Origin: Pseudomonadota bacterium
GTDB lineage: Bacteria; Desulfobacterota; Desulfobulbia; Desulfobulbales; Desulfurivibrionaceae
Direction of reading: 5' to 3'
Length of the DNA: 58,733 nucleotides
Assembly: GCA_043804705.1 (NCBI GenBank)
Contig: JAZDIS010000427.1
Location: 1-58,733, forward strand
In this document: in pieces, positions 47,948 through 56,412 of the stretch
Layout: every line of letters begins with the position of its first letter
How positions within the stretch are numbered: position 1 is the stretch's first letter
Notes under the pieces: generated by a model
Seen by the model: only the letters and a program-made list of their open reading frames with translations
Told to the model about the DNA's origin: nothing
The model's database searches: none
Made by a program: the position numbers and the translations under genes

Positions 47948-48904
47948 CTAGAACATGCGTTTTTTCCAGAGGACAAAACCAGCCACCCCGGTAAGCGACA
48001 GCGAGAGACCGAGCACGACCCAGAAGCCAAGCCGCTGGTCCGGAAAGGGTACACCCACGTTCATGCCCCAGAAGCTGGAGATCATGGTCGGGATGGCGAT
48101 GAGGATGGTGATTGAGGCGAGCAGCTTCATCACCTGGTTGAGATTATTTGAGATAACCGAGGTGAAGGCATCCATCATGCCGCTCAGGATATCGGAATAC
48201 ATCTGCACCATCTCCAAAGCCTGACGATTTTCAATAATGGCGTCCTCGAGAATGTCCTCATCCTCTTCATACTGTGGCAGCAGGTGCTGCAGAGCGCTGT
48301 TCTTTCTAAGGCGCAGCAACCGCTCCAGAACCAGGCCGTTGGCACGCAAGGCCACGGTAAAGTAGGTGAGGCCTTTTTCCATGTCGAGAAGCTGGAACAC
48401 CTCAGCGTTGTTCATCGATTTCCGCAGATGACGCTCAATCTCATCGGTCTGGCGGTTAATCTGATGAATGTAACGCAGATAGACCTTGGCAGTCTTGTAG
48501 AGAATCTGAAAGAGGAAGCGAGTGCGCTTGCCGGTGTTGTAATAGGCCGGCGCCCCAGGGCCGACGATGTTTCCCGGCAGGATCTCGGTTTCTTCCAGCG
48601 ATACGGTAATGACTTGGTCCGGGGTCAGGATGATGCCCAGCGGCAGGGTGTCGTACATGTCCGGCCCGCGCAGCATCGGGAAATTGGTGAGCACCAGCAT
48701 GCAGTTGTCTTCGATTTCGATACGGGACCGTTCTTCTTCGTCAAGCGCGGCGCGAAGAAAATCTTCCGGCACCCCGGTCGCCTCCGAAACCGTACGAATT
48801 TCACCCTGCGTCGGGTTGACCATACGAATCCAAGATCTTGGCACAGGCCCACTGTCTGTGACGATCTGCAGTTGATGATCAAAGCGTTTGTACACGGTAA
48901 GCAT
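47948..48904 (-). CDS. corA: CorA family Mg2+/Co2+ transporter
   Basis: WI.MVNPT, ALD.EERSRIE, ISNNLNQVMK.L, PT.ISSFWGMNV (GMN motif). Confidence 0.93.
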   Translation of the reverse strand: MLTVYKRFDHQLQIVTDSGPVPRSWIRMVNPTQGEIRTVSEATGVPEDFLRAALDEEERSRIEIEDNCMLVLTNFPMLRGPDMYDTLPLGIILTPDQVITVSLEETEILPGNIVGPGAPAYYNTGKRTRFLFQILYKTAKVYLRYIHQINRQTDEIERHLRKSMNNAEVFQLLDMEKGLTYFTVALRANGLVLERLLRLRKNSALQHLLPQYEEDEDILEDAIIENRQALEMVQMYSDILSGMMDAFTSVISNNLNQVMKLLASITILIAIPTMISSFWGMNVGVPFPDQRLGFWVVLGLSLSLTGVAGFVLWKKRMF

Positions 48905-49742
48905 GTCAGTATGCCTCCTGTCCGGGGTGGAGTTGGTCTGGCCCGAGCCTCATTATTGTGGGCGACCCAGAGGCAACTTCGGAAACATAACAGTCAATTG
49001 GCTGAGTTGCGGAGAGAGGCTAGAGGGGAGAGGTGACACGAAAATCAGGGGTCCGTACCGCCCAGACACAATTCAAACCTGCAAAACTCTTTACTTGGTT
49101 TTAGAAACCCGTGTCAATCGAAAAACCGACTGCACAAAGGGAGGCATGGAACTTCAAAACTCAAGAACAGGAACAAACGTATTCTTGACAAGCTGTTGCA
49201 CAAAAAAATGGCGCCGCAGATATTTTTTCGTCGGAGTAAAAACACCTAACGTTGTCCTGTGGTGCAGAATCTGTGAAACCACCAATAATTGAATCGATGC
49301 TTGCAATCCAGCATCGCCACGGCCACATAGGCTGGTGACAATGAAAGGGAAAGCCTGTCATAAAATATGTCACGAAAAAACATGCGAAAATCTGTCGCAT
49401 GTGGAGGCCAGAGTGGAGCAACGCGATCTGCGGTCAGTCAGGGGAAAAAACAAGGGGGGCGAGGAAGTAAACGACTAAAAAAAAGAGCCGGCGTTTCGGG
49501 AAACTGATTGAAGAAACAGGGGGGAAGAACGGCCTCTTCTTCATATAAATGCACAAACGCCCCTTTCGAAGGGGCGCATTAGAAAACGGCGGTCGGAATG
49601 AGGCTCTTCCCGGACAACTTCGGAACAGACAGGAGGCGTTTTGCCTGCCCTTTTGTGCCGGGGGAGCGACAGACAATCCCTTTGTGTCTTGCCTGTACAA
49701 CTACCGGCTCACTCCGTCCTGCTTTTCCGGCCACCCAGGAAA

Positions 49743-49763
49743 CGGGGCGGAATATCCGCCCCG
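49743..49763 (-). terminator. Hairpin terminator after the small hydrophobic protein gene
   Basis: CGGGGCGGA-N3-TCCGCCCCG followed by TTT on the minus strand. Confidence 0.6.
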
Positions 49764-49790
49764 AAAAGCCACACAATCCTGTCAGCTCGC

Positions 49791-50012
49791 TCAGATACCG
49801 GCTACTGCGCCAAACCAGCTGGTGACTAGGGCCAAGGGACCACCAGCCACGACAACTCCGGCAACGAGACAACTTATAGACCACGCACCCACCAAGCCAG
49901 CCGCCATTGCGCCCACGCCGACGACTGCTCCCTGCATGATATCGGTGCCAACTCCGTCTGTTACCAGCACACTGCTTCTTGTCTTCGTCTTAACCATCTG
50001 TCCATTTTTCAT
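49791..50012 (-). CDS. Small Gly/Ala/Val-rich membrane protein (73 aa)
   Basis: AAAAGGAGA RBS, upstream TTGACC-N16-TATATT, downstream hairpin; basic N-terminus and two hydrophobic helices. Confidence 0.8.
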   Translation of the reverse strand: MKNGQMVKTKTRSSVLVTDGVGTDIMQGAVVGVGAMAAGLVGAWSISCLVAGVVVAGGPLALVTSWFGAVAGI

Positions 50013-50222
50013 ATCCAGTCTCCTTTTAGTAAAAAAAAGTGGTGTTCTTACTTTTTAATATAAAGCTTTTCGGCGCCTGGTCAAGATATTTTTTACGTAA
50101 AATCAAATAGTTGGATGTAAACCACAAGGGTAAGAATTAACGGGAATGGTTCATTGCAGGATATTTGCAAGTGCCACATTCCACTAATCATGACTGCGGC
50201 AACTTACATGACAAGGCTGCGG

Positions 50223-50858
50223 CTAGAGGCCATGCAGGGGACAGCTGGCGCAGAGCGGCTTGGATTTCTTGCAGTATTCCTTGGCAAGACGGACCAACAG
50301 GGCATGGTATTCGTTGAAGAGCTGTACCTCGGTGGGCAGCTTACCCAGGAACAGATCTTGGATCTCCTCATACCCGGCCTCCTCGGCAATGAGATCATGC
50401 CGGAGCAGGACACGGTAGGTGTAAGCATCCACCACGAACACCGGCCTGTTCGCGGCATAGAGGGTGATGGAATCGGCGGTTTCCGGGCCGATTCCTTTGA
50501 CGGCAAGGAGTTTTTCCCGGAGATTGTGGGTGTCCTGATCGAAAAAGGTCTCGAGATTCCCGCTGTTTTCACGGATGGCGGCAAAGAGGCCCTTAAGACG
50601 CCTGGCCTTCTGGTTGTAATAGCCGGAAGGCCGAATTTTTTCGGCCAGCATCTCCAGAGGCATGGCTTCCAGTGCTTCAAAGGAGAGAAGCCCCTCCTGC
50701 CGCAAGGCCTCAATGACCAAGCTCACATTGCGCCAACTGGTGTTCTGAGTCAGAACCGCGCCAAGCATGATCTCAAAGGGAGTTTCACCTGGCCACCAGT
50801 GCTGGGGCCCAAAATGGCCAAAAAGGCGGGCATGGATTTCCTGAATCCGGTTGGTCAC
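50223..50858 (-). CDS. Endonuclease III-related HhH-GPD protein with 4Fe-4S motif
   Basis: GPQHWWP, GAVLTQNT.W, KGIGPETAD, VVDAYT, C.K..P.C..CP. Confidence 0.88.
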   Translation of the reverse strand: MTNRIQEIHARLFGHFGPQHWWPGETPFEIMLGAVLTQNTSWRNVSLVIEALRQEGLLSFEALEAMPLEMLAEKIRPSGYYNQKARRLKGLFAAIRENSGNLETFFDQDTHNLREKLLAVKGIGPETADSITLYAANRPVFVVDAYTYRVLLRHDLIAEEAGYEEIQDLFLGKLPTEVQLFNEYHALLVRLAKEYCKKSKPLCASCPLHGL

Positions 50859-50883
50859 GGTATCCTTGGCACCTTAAGGAAAA

Positions 50884-51216
50884 TCAGTCGGAACGCATGA
50901 AGAGGAAATACACGGCAATGGCCAAGGCTCCGATGAAGACCCCGGCCACGGGCAAAACCTTGCCCAGCTGAAGCTGGCCTCCCACCACCAACCCCTCCAT
51001 GTAGCGGCTGCCGCTGAAAAGCCAGAGGCCGAAGCCAAGGCCGGTTATGATCAGGGCATTCATCGCTTGCTTGTAAAGGTTGTAGCAGACAAAGGCGATG
51101 AAGGGCACCAGGAACCAGATATTGGTAAAAAGGCCCTTGGCGTCAATCTCGCGGATCTGTTGCAGCACATTGGTGCTGTTCAAGAACTCGACAATCTGCC
51201 CCAGAAATTCGGTCAT
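50884..51216 (-). CDS. Small 3-TM membrane protein
   Basis: GGGAG RBS; three hydrophobic segments; co-oriented between thiC and the endonuclease gene. Confidence 0.75.
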   Translation of the reverse strand: MTEFLGQIVEFLNSTNVLQQIREIDAKGLFTNIWFLVPFIAFVCYNLYKQAMNALIITGLGFGLWLFSGSRYMEGLVVGGQLQLGKVLPVAGVFIGALAIAVYFLFMRSD

Positions 51217-51248
51217 GCGATGCGTCTCCCTCTGTGGTGATTACGAAA

Positions 51249-52553
51249 TTACTTCTGCAGCCGATCCGGCGCGGTGGCCTGCTTGTAAACCTTGATGGCG
51301 CAGTATGAGCCGCACATGCTGCAGGCGTCGCCCTTGTAGGAACTCCCCTCCTCTCGGAAACGGCGGGCCTTCTCCGGGTCGATGGACAGCTCGATCTGGC
51401 CTTTCCAGTCCAGATTATTACGGCACTTGGCCATGGCGATATCCTTGTCAATGGCGCCGGGCAGCCCCTTGGCGATGTCCGCCGCATGGGCGGCAATGCG
51501 AGAGGCCATGACCCCCTCGTGCACATCCTCGGCGCTGGGAAGCTTGAGATGCTCGGCCGGAGTGACGTAGCAGAGAAAATCAGCCCCCGCCGCTCCGGCA
51601 ATGGCCCCGCCGATGGCCCCGGTGATGTGGTCGTAGCCTGGGGCGATATCGGTGACCAGGGGGCCCAAGACATAAAAGGGCGCCCCGTGGCAGAGCTGTT
51701 TCTGCAGAAGAATGTTGGCCTGAATCTGGTTGAGCGGCATGTGACCTGGGCCCTCAACCATCACCTGCACCCCCGCCTCCCAAGCGCGCTGGGTCAGCTC
51801 GCCCAAATGGATCAACTCCTGGACCTGGCCCCGGTCGGTGGCGTCGGCAAGACAGCCGGGCCGGATGCCGTCGCCCAGACTCAGGGTGACCTCGTGCTCC
51901 TTAAGGATGGCCAGCAGATCATCGAAGTGTTCGTACATGGGGTTTTCCTTGCCGTTGTAGCTCATCCACTCGATGGTGAAGGAGCCGCCCCGGCTGACCA
52001 CGCCCATGAGCCGCTTATGGTTGCGGACCCGCTCCATGGTGCTTCTGGTGATGCCGGAATGGATGGTCATGAAATCAACCCCGTCTTGGGCCTGCTGTTC
52101 GATCACCTTGAACATGTGATCCACCGTAACCTCGCCGATCTTTCGCTTCTGCTTCTCCACCACCTCGGCAATGGACTGGTAAATAGGTACGGTGCCCAGA
52201 GGGATGGGGCAGCCTTGCAAAATCTCCCGGCGGATCGCGTCAATTTCCCCGCCCATGGAAAGGTCCATTACCGTATCGGCCCCGGCCTTGAGGCAGACGC
52301 AGAGCTTTTGCAGCTCCTGGCTCACCTCGGGATAATCCTTGGAGGAGCCGATATTGGCGTTGACCTTGGTGGACAAACCCTTGCCCACACCCATGATCCG
52401 CTCGAACTTGTGGTTTTTGTTCTTGGGGATGCAGATCGTCCCTTGGGCCACCCCCTGCATCAGGGCCTGAGTTGTAATGTTCTCGTTGGCGGCACAATTT
52501 TCAAAAAGAGGGGTAAGCGTGCCCCTGATCGCGTCTTCTCGAATACTCATCAC
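51249..52553 (-). CDS. thiC: Phosphomethylpyrimidine synthase (short anaerobe form; a BzaF/BzaAB-type paralogue cannot be excluded)
   Basis: TKVNANIG.S, MDLS.GG, GTVPIYQ, VSRGGS, EGPGHMP, CYVTPAEHL, CSMCG.YC. Confidence 0.88.
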   Translation of the reverse strand: MMSIREDAIRGTLTPLFENCAANENITTQALMQGVAQGTICIPKNKNHKFERIMGVGKGLSTKVNANIGSSKDYPEVSQELQKLCVCLKAGADTVMDLSMGGEIDAIRREILQGCPIPLGTVPIYQSIAEVVEKQKRKIGEVTVDHMFKVIEQQAQDGVDFMTIHSGITRSTMERVRNHKRLMGVVSRGGSFTIEWMSYNGKENPMYEHFDDLLAILKEHEVTLSLGDGIRPGCLADATDRGQVQELIHLGELTQRAWEAGVQVMVEGPGHMPLNQIQANILLQKQLCHGAPFYVLGPLVTDIAPGYDHITGAIGGAIAGAAGADFLCYVTPAEHLKLPSAEDVHEGVMASRIAAHAADIAKGLPGAIDKDIAMAKCRNNLDWKGQIELSIDPEKARRFREEGSSYKGDACSMCGSYCAIKVYKQATAPDRLQK

Positions 52554-52686
52554 AGGTTCTCCGTTAACCGGCGGCGCAAGCCGTCTGGTGTTGACAGTAG
52601 GAATAAAGGAAGTTTAAGACGCAAAAACATACCAGCGCCCCCTTGAGAATGCAATGTAAATGTATGGGAATACAGGGGAAGAATAT

Positions 52687-53256
52687 CTATAACACCCCGT
52701 GTTCATGGAGAATTTTGAGGCCGATACAGACAAGAACCAAGCCGCCGACAATCTCGGCCCGGGAGCCCAGACGTGAGGCCGTGCCCAGCAGACAGCCCAG
52801 CCGCAGACCGAGGGCGGTGAGGGCCGAGGCGACCAAACCGATGATCAGGGCCGGGAGCCAGACACTGATCTCAAGCACGGCAAAGCTCAACCCCACGGCC
52901 AGGGAATCGATGCTGGTGGCGACCGAGAGAGTGATGAGCATCCGCCCCCGGGTGGGGTCCGCGCCCTCGCCCTCTTCCTTTTCCTCCCGGATCGCTTCCC
53001 ATATCATCTTGAACCCCACAAAGACAAGCAGAGCAAAGGCGAGCCAGTGGTCAAAGCTCTCGATCAACGAGCGGACCGTGAGTCCGCCAAGCCAGCCGAG
53101 GATGTTCATCCCCGCCTGGAAAAAGCCGAAATGCCAAGCCAGACGAAACACCTGCCTTCCATTGACCTGACACAGGCTGACCCCGGCGGCCAGGGCCACA
53201 GCAAAAGCGTCCACGGCCAAGGCTAGGGCGATGAGCAGGATTGTCGGAAATTCCAT
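52687..53256 (-). CDS. mntP: Manganese efflux pump MntP family
   Basis: ALAVDAFAV, FG.FQA.M, DHWLAF, ATSIDSLAVG, AEI.GG.VL. Confidence 0.92.
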   Translation of the reverse strand: MEFPTILLIALALAVDAFAVALAAGVSLCQVNGRQVFRLAWHFGFFQAGMNILGWLGGLTVRSLIESFDHWLAFALLVFVGFKMIWEAIREEKEEGEGADPTRGRMLITLSVATSIDSLAVGLSFAVLEISVWLPALIIGLVASALTALGLRLGCLLGTASRLGSRAEIVGGLVLVCIGLKILHEHGVL

Positions 53257-53382
53257 GGAAGAGGGCTGCACGGATATATTTATGAGGGGGAATCATTCGG
53301 TTTGCGCCGCCAATTGACCATCTTTCCCTGGGGCTGGCAAGCAAAAAGCCCAAAAGCAAAAAAAGCGGACCGCACCCTTACG

Positions 53383-54243
53383 TTAAACGGCAGCGGCCCG
53401 CGGCTCACCGCTCTCAATGGGCAGGCTCGAATCCCTGGCCCATTCGTTCCAGGAGGCGAAATAAACCCGCAGTCTGGTGAAGCCTGCCAGTTTCAGCGCC
53501 ACATAGGTATTGGCCGCCCGCGAACCCTTGAAACAGAAGATAATTATATCGCTGTCCGGGTAGATCTGCTGGCTGGCGCACAAGGCCCGGATTTCATGGG
53601 CGGGCCGGAAGGCCGGAATCGCCGCCCGGTTCATGAAGCTGTACCATTCAATCCAGCGAGCCCCAGGAATCCTTCCCCGCCGGGGGGCAAAATCGAAGCC
53701 GTAGGGAGAGGAGGTCTGGCCAAGCCATTCGTTGGCATCCCGGTTATCCAGGAGAATGGTCCCCGGGTCGCCCAAGGCCTTGCAGACATCTTCCCGGGTG
53801 GCCATCAAGGCATGGTTGGGCCGAGGGATAAACCTACTGGGCACGGGCGGCATCTCGGCGGTTTCTTCTGGCAGCCCGTACTGCTGCCAAGCCCAGAAGC
53901 CGCCATCAAGGATGCCGCAATCCGGGTGGCCGAGATAGCAGGCCAGCCAGTACCCCCGGCAGGAAGCACCATAGCGGGTGTCAAAGCTGTCTTCGTAAAA
54001 GATGACCATCCGCTCATGGGTGACACCAACGCGGGAAAAACTCGCGGTAAAGGTATCCCGCAAGGCGGCCAGCCCTTCCGGGCTGCTCTCGCTTAAAAAA
54101 GAAAAGATCTCCGGCAGGTTCACCGCCCCGGAGATATGTCCCTGGGCAAAGGTGTCCGGATCGCGGATATCCACCAGCAGCACCGAGCCATCTTCAAGGA
54201 GCGCCTGGGTTTCATGGAGGGTGTAGAGAATTTTTTCCGTCAT
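53383..54243 (-). CDS. Tandem-domain rhodanese/sulfurtransferase
   Basis: D.R...F..GHISGA, LDGG...W, GRIPGA, active-site loop CFKGSRA, Y.ASWNEW. Confidence 0.9.
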   Translation of the reverse strand: MTEKILYTLHETQALLEDGSVLLVDIRDPDTFAQGHISGAVNLPEIFSFLSESSPEGLAALRDTFTASFSRVGVTHERMVIFYEDSFDTRYGASCRGYWLACYLGHPDCGILDGGFWAWQQYGLPEETAEMPPVPSRFIPRPNHALMATREDVCKALGDPGTILLDNRDANEWLGQTSSPYGFDFAPRRGRIPGARWIEWYSFMNRAAIPAFRPAHEIRALCASQQIYPDSDIIIFCFKGSRAANTYVALKLAGFTRLRVYFASWNEWARDSSLPIESGEPRAAAV

Positions 54244-54437
54244 GAGCATATCCTTAAAAGGTGAAAAGGCCATAGACGCATACTCCGCCTTGCAGCCAGT
54301 ATAAGACCTTCGCCCAGGGACCGCCCGAAAAAATTCACCGGCCGGCCTTCTCCTTGCTTCCTGCACCTTGTGCCTTTTTTTCTCCGAACTTGTCGAAACA
54401 CTTTTCTTCATCTATATTGCCACAAGGAGGTGGCACA

Positions 54438-56363
54438 ATGGCTCTTGATCCGCAGATGAAAATTTTACTCGTTGAAGACGCCGGGACCATGCGCAAGATG
54501 GAAGCCCGGATTCTCGGCCAGGTCGGCTTTACCAACATCATCGAAGCGGTGGACGGCAACGATGCCATGGCAAAGCTTGGTACCGAACCGGACATTGCCC
54601 TGGTCATCAGCGACTGGTCCATGCCCAACTGCGACGGCTACCAGCTGTTGCAATGGATGCGCGAGCAAGAGAGTTTCAAGAATCTCCCCTTTCTCATGGC
54701 CACCGGTCACGGAGACAAGGCGTATGTGGCCAAGGCCAAGGAGGCCGGGGCCAACGGCGTGGTTGCCAAGCCCTTTACCCCGGACGAACTCAAGGTCCTC
54801 ATCGAGGAAATCTTTGGCCTGAAACAGACCCCTGCCCCCAAAAAGGAGGAAGGCCCCAAGATCAGCGCCGAGGGCAAGGTTCATCTCAAGATGGCCCACA
54901 TTCAAATCACCGACCATCTGGCTCTGGGCGTACTCAAGCACCAGATGGCCTCGGGCGTCAAGACCCCCCGCGCCTTCAGCCTGGACACCCTCTGCATGCC
55001 GGGCTGGAACCCGGTGCAGACCGCGCTGGAAAACGGCGAGGTGGACGGCGCCTTTATCCTGGCGCCCATGGCCATGGACCTGTTCAGCTACGGAGTGCCC
55101 ATCAAGCTGGTGCTCTTCGCCCACCGCAACGGCAGCATCTGCGTACGCAACAAGACCGGCAAGTATGTCAAGCCGTACCAGCAGTTCTTCAAGCACAAGA
55201 CCTTCTATATCCCTCACAAGATGTCGGTCCACAACATGCTGGCCCACATGTACTTCACCCAGATGGGCTTGCGCCCAGGGGTGGCGGGCAAGGAAGCAGT
55301 CAACGTCCTCTTCGACGTGGTACCGCCGGTGGCCATGCCGGAATTCTTAAAGGAAAATTCCGAAGCCAGCGGTTTTCTGGTTGCCGAACCCATCGGCTCG
55401 CGGGCCATAACCGCAGGCATTGCCGAGCGCCAGTTCCTCTCCAGCGAGGTCTGGCAGGACCACCCCTGCTGCGTCGTGGTTTTCAGGGAAGAGATCATCC
55501 AAAAATACCCGGAAGCGGTGCAGGAATTCACCACCATGCTGGTGGAATCCGGCCTCTATATCCGGGATCATGTTGACGAAGCGGCGGAGATCGCCGTGGC
55601 CTTTCTCGACCCGCAGAAAAAGATCGGCCTCGAACCCGCCCTGCTTCGCAACGTGCTCTCCGACCCCCAGGGAATAACCACGGACAACCTCTATCCGGTG
55701 CGTGAGGATCTGGAGACCATCCAGGATTACATGACCACCAAGATGGAGATCGGCCGGCGCATCAACCTCGCGGAGTTTGTTGACACCCGCTTTGCCGATA
55801 TCTCCTGCACGCATCCGCCCACCGCCGCCGGCGCAGGCCAGGAAACAGCCGCGCCCAGGGGCGCGGCCAGGAAGCTGGGCATCGACCAGGCCCTTGCCTC
55901 CCGGGAAGGCAAGTATCTAATTTTCACCCTGGGTCACGAACGGTACGGCCTCGGCATCCTTGATGTCCGGGAGATCATCGGCCTGATGACCGTCCACGAA
56001 CTGCCGCAGATGCCGCCCTTTTTCAAAGGAGTCATCAATCTGCGGGACAAGATCATCCCGGTCATGGACATGCGGGGCAAATTCGGCATGGAGAGCGCGG
56101 AATACGATGCCCGCACCTGCATTATCGTGGTGGAGGTTTCCGGCCTCACCGGCTCCCGGCTCATCGGCATCATCGTCGATGCGGTGTCCGAGGTGGTGAC
56201 CATCAAGGAGCAGGAGGTGGAAGATGCCCCCCAGTTCGGCGGCGCGGTTGACAGCCAGTGCCTGCTGGGCATGGCCAAACTTGCCGAGGGCGTGACCATC
56301 CTCCTGGACATTGACCGTCTCATGCATATCCAGGAGCCGGTGGCGTTCAGCCCCGTTTTCTAG
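54438..56363 (+). CDS. Fusion protein: CheY-like receiver + NrtA/CmpA/NasS-type solute-binding domain + CheW
   Basis: LVED/SDWSMP/T/KPF; ITDHLALG, GW..V..AL..GEVDGAFILAP, AHRNGS, SVHNML, AEP, W.DHPCC; KYLIF.LG.E.YG...GVINLR..IIPV...G.IVDAVSEV; AAGGAGG RBS. Confidence 0.88.
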   Translation: MALDPQMKILLVEDAGTMRKMEARILGQVGFTNIIEAVDGNDAMAKLGTEPDIALVISDWSMPNCDGYQLLQWMREQESFKNLPFLMATGHGDKAYVAKAKEAGANGVVAKPFTPDELKVLIEEIFGLKQTPAPKKEEGPKISAEGKVHLKMAHIQITDHLALGVLKHQMASGVKTPRAFSLDTLCMPGWNPVQTALENGEVDGAFILAPMAMDLFSYGVPIKLVLFAHRNGSICVRNKTGKYVKPYQQFFKHKTFYIPHKMSVHNMLAHMYFTQMGLRPGVAGKEAVNVLFDVVPPVAMPEFLKENSEASGFLVAEPIGSRAITAGIAERQFLSSEVWQDHPCCVVVFREEIIQKYPEAVQEFTTMLVESGLYIRDHVDEAAEIAVAFLDPQKKIGLEPALLRNVLSDPQGITTDNLYPVREDLETIQDYMTTKMEIGRRINLAEFVDTRFADISCTHPPTAAGAGQETAAPRGAARKLGIDQALASREGKYLIFTLGHERYGLGILDVREIIGLMTVHELPQMPPFFKGVINLRDKIIPVMDMRGKFGMESAEYDARTCIIVVEVSGLTGSRLIGIIVDAVSEVVTIKEQEVEDAPQFGGAVDSQCLLGMAKLAEGVTILLDIDRLMHIQEPVAFSPVF

Positions 56364-56366
56364 TGC

Positions 56367-56399
56367 CCCCCCGGCTTTCACCGGGGTAACGACTTTTTT
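56367..56399. terminator. Hairpin between convergent genes
   Basis: CCCCGG-CTTTCA-CCGGGG with a downstream T-run. Confidence 0.45.
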
Positions 56400-56412
56400 A
56401 CGAGACCGCCAT

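Noticed and set aside
49147-49292. Short Cys-containing ORF MELQNSRTG... after GGAGG
   Set aside because: The SD is only 1 nt from the ATG and the peptide has no recognisable features.
49300-49322. Possible sigma54 promoter on the minus strand (TGGCGATGCTGGATTGC)
   Set aside because: GG-to-GC spacing is 12 nt rather than the obligatory 10.
53257-53382. Possible yybP-ykoY Mn2+ riboswitch upstream of mntP
   Set aside because: The expected GGGGAGUAG and CAAGACC-type conserved segments are not present.
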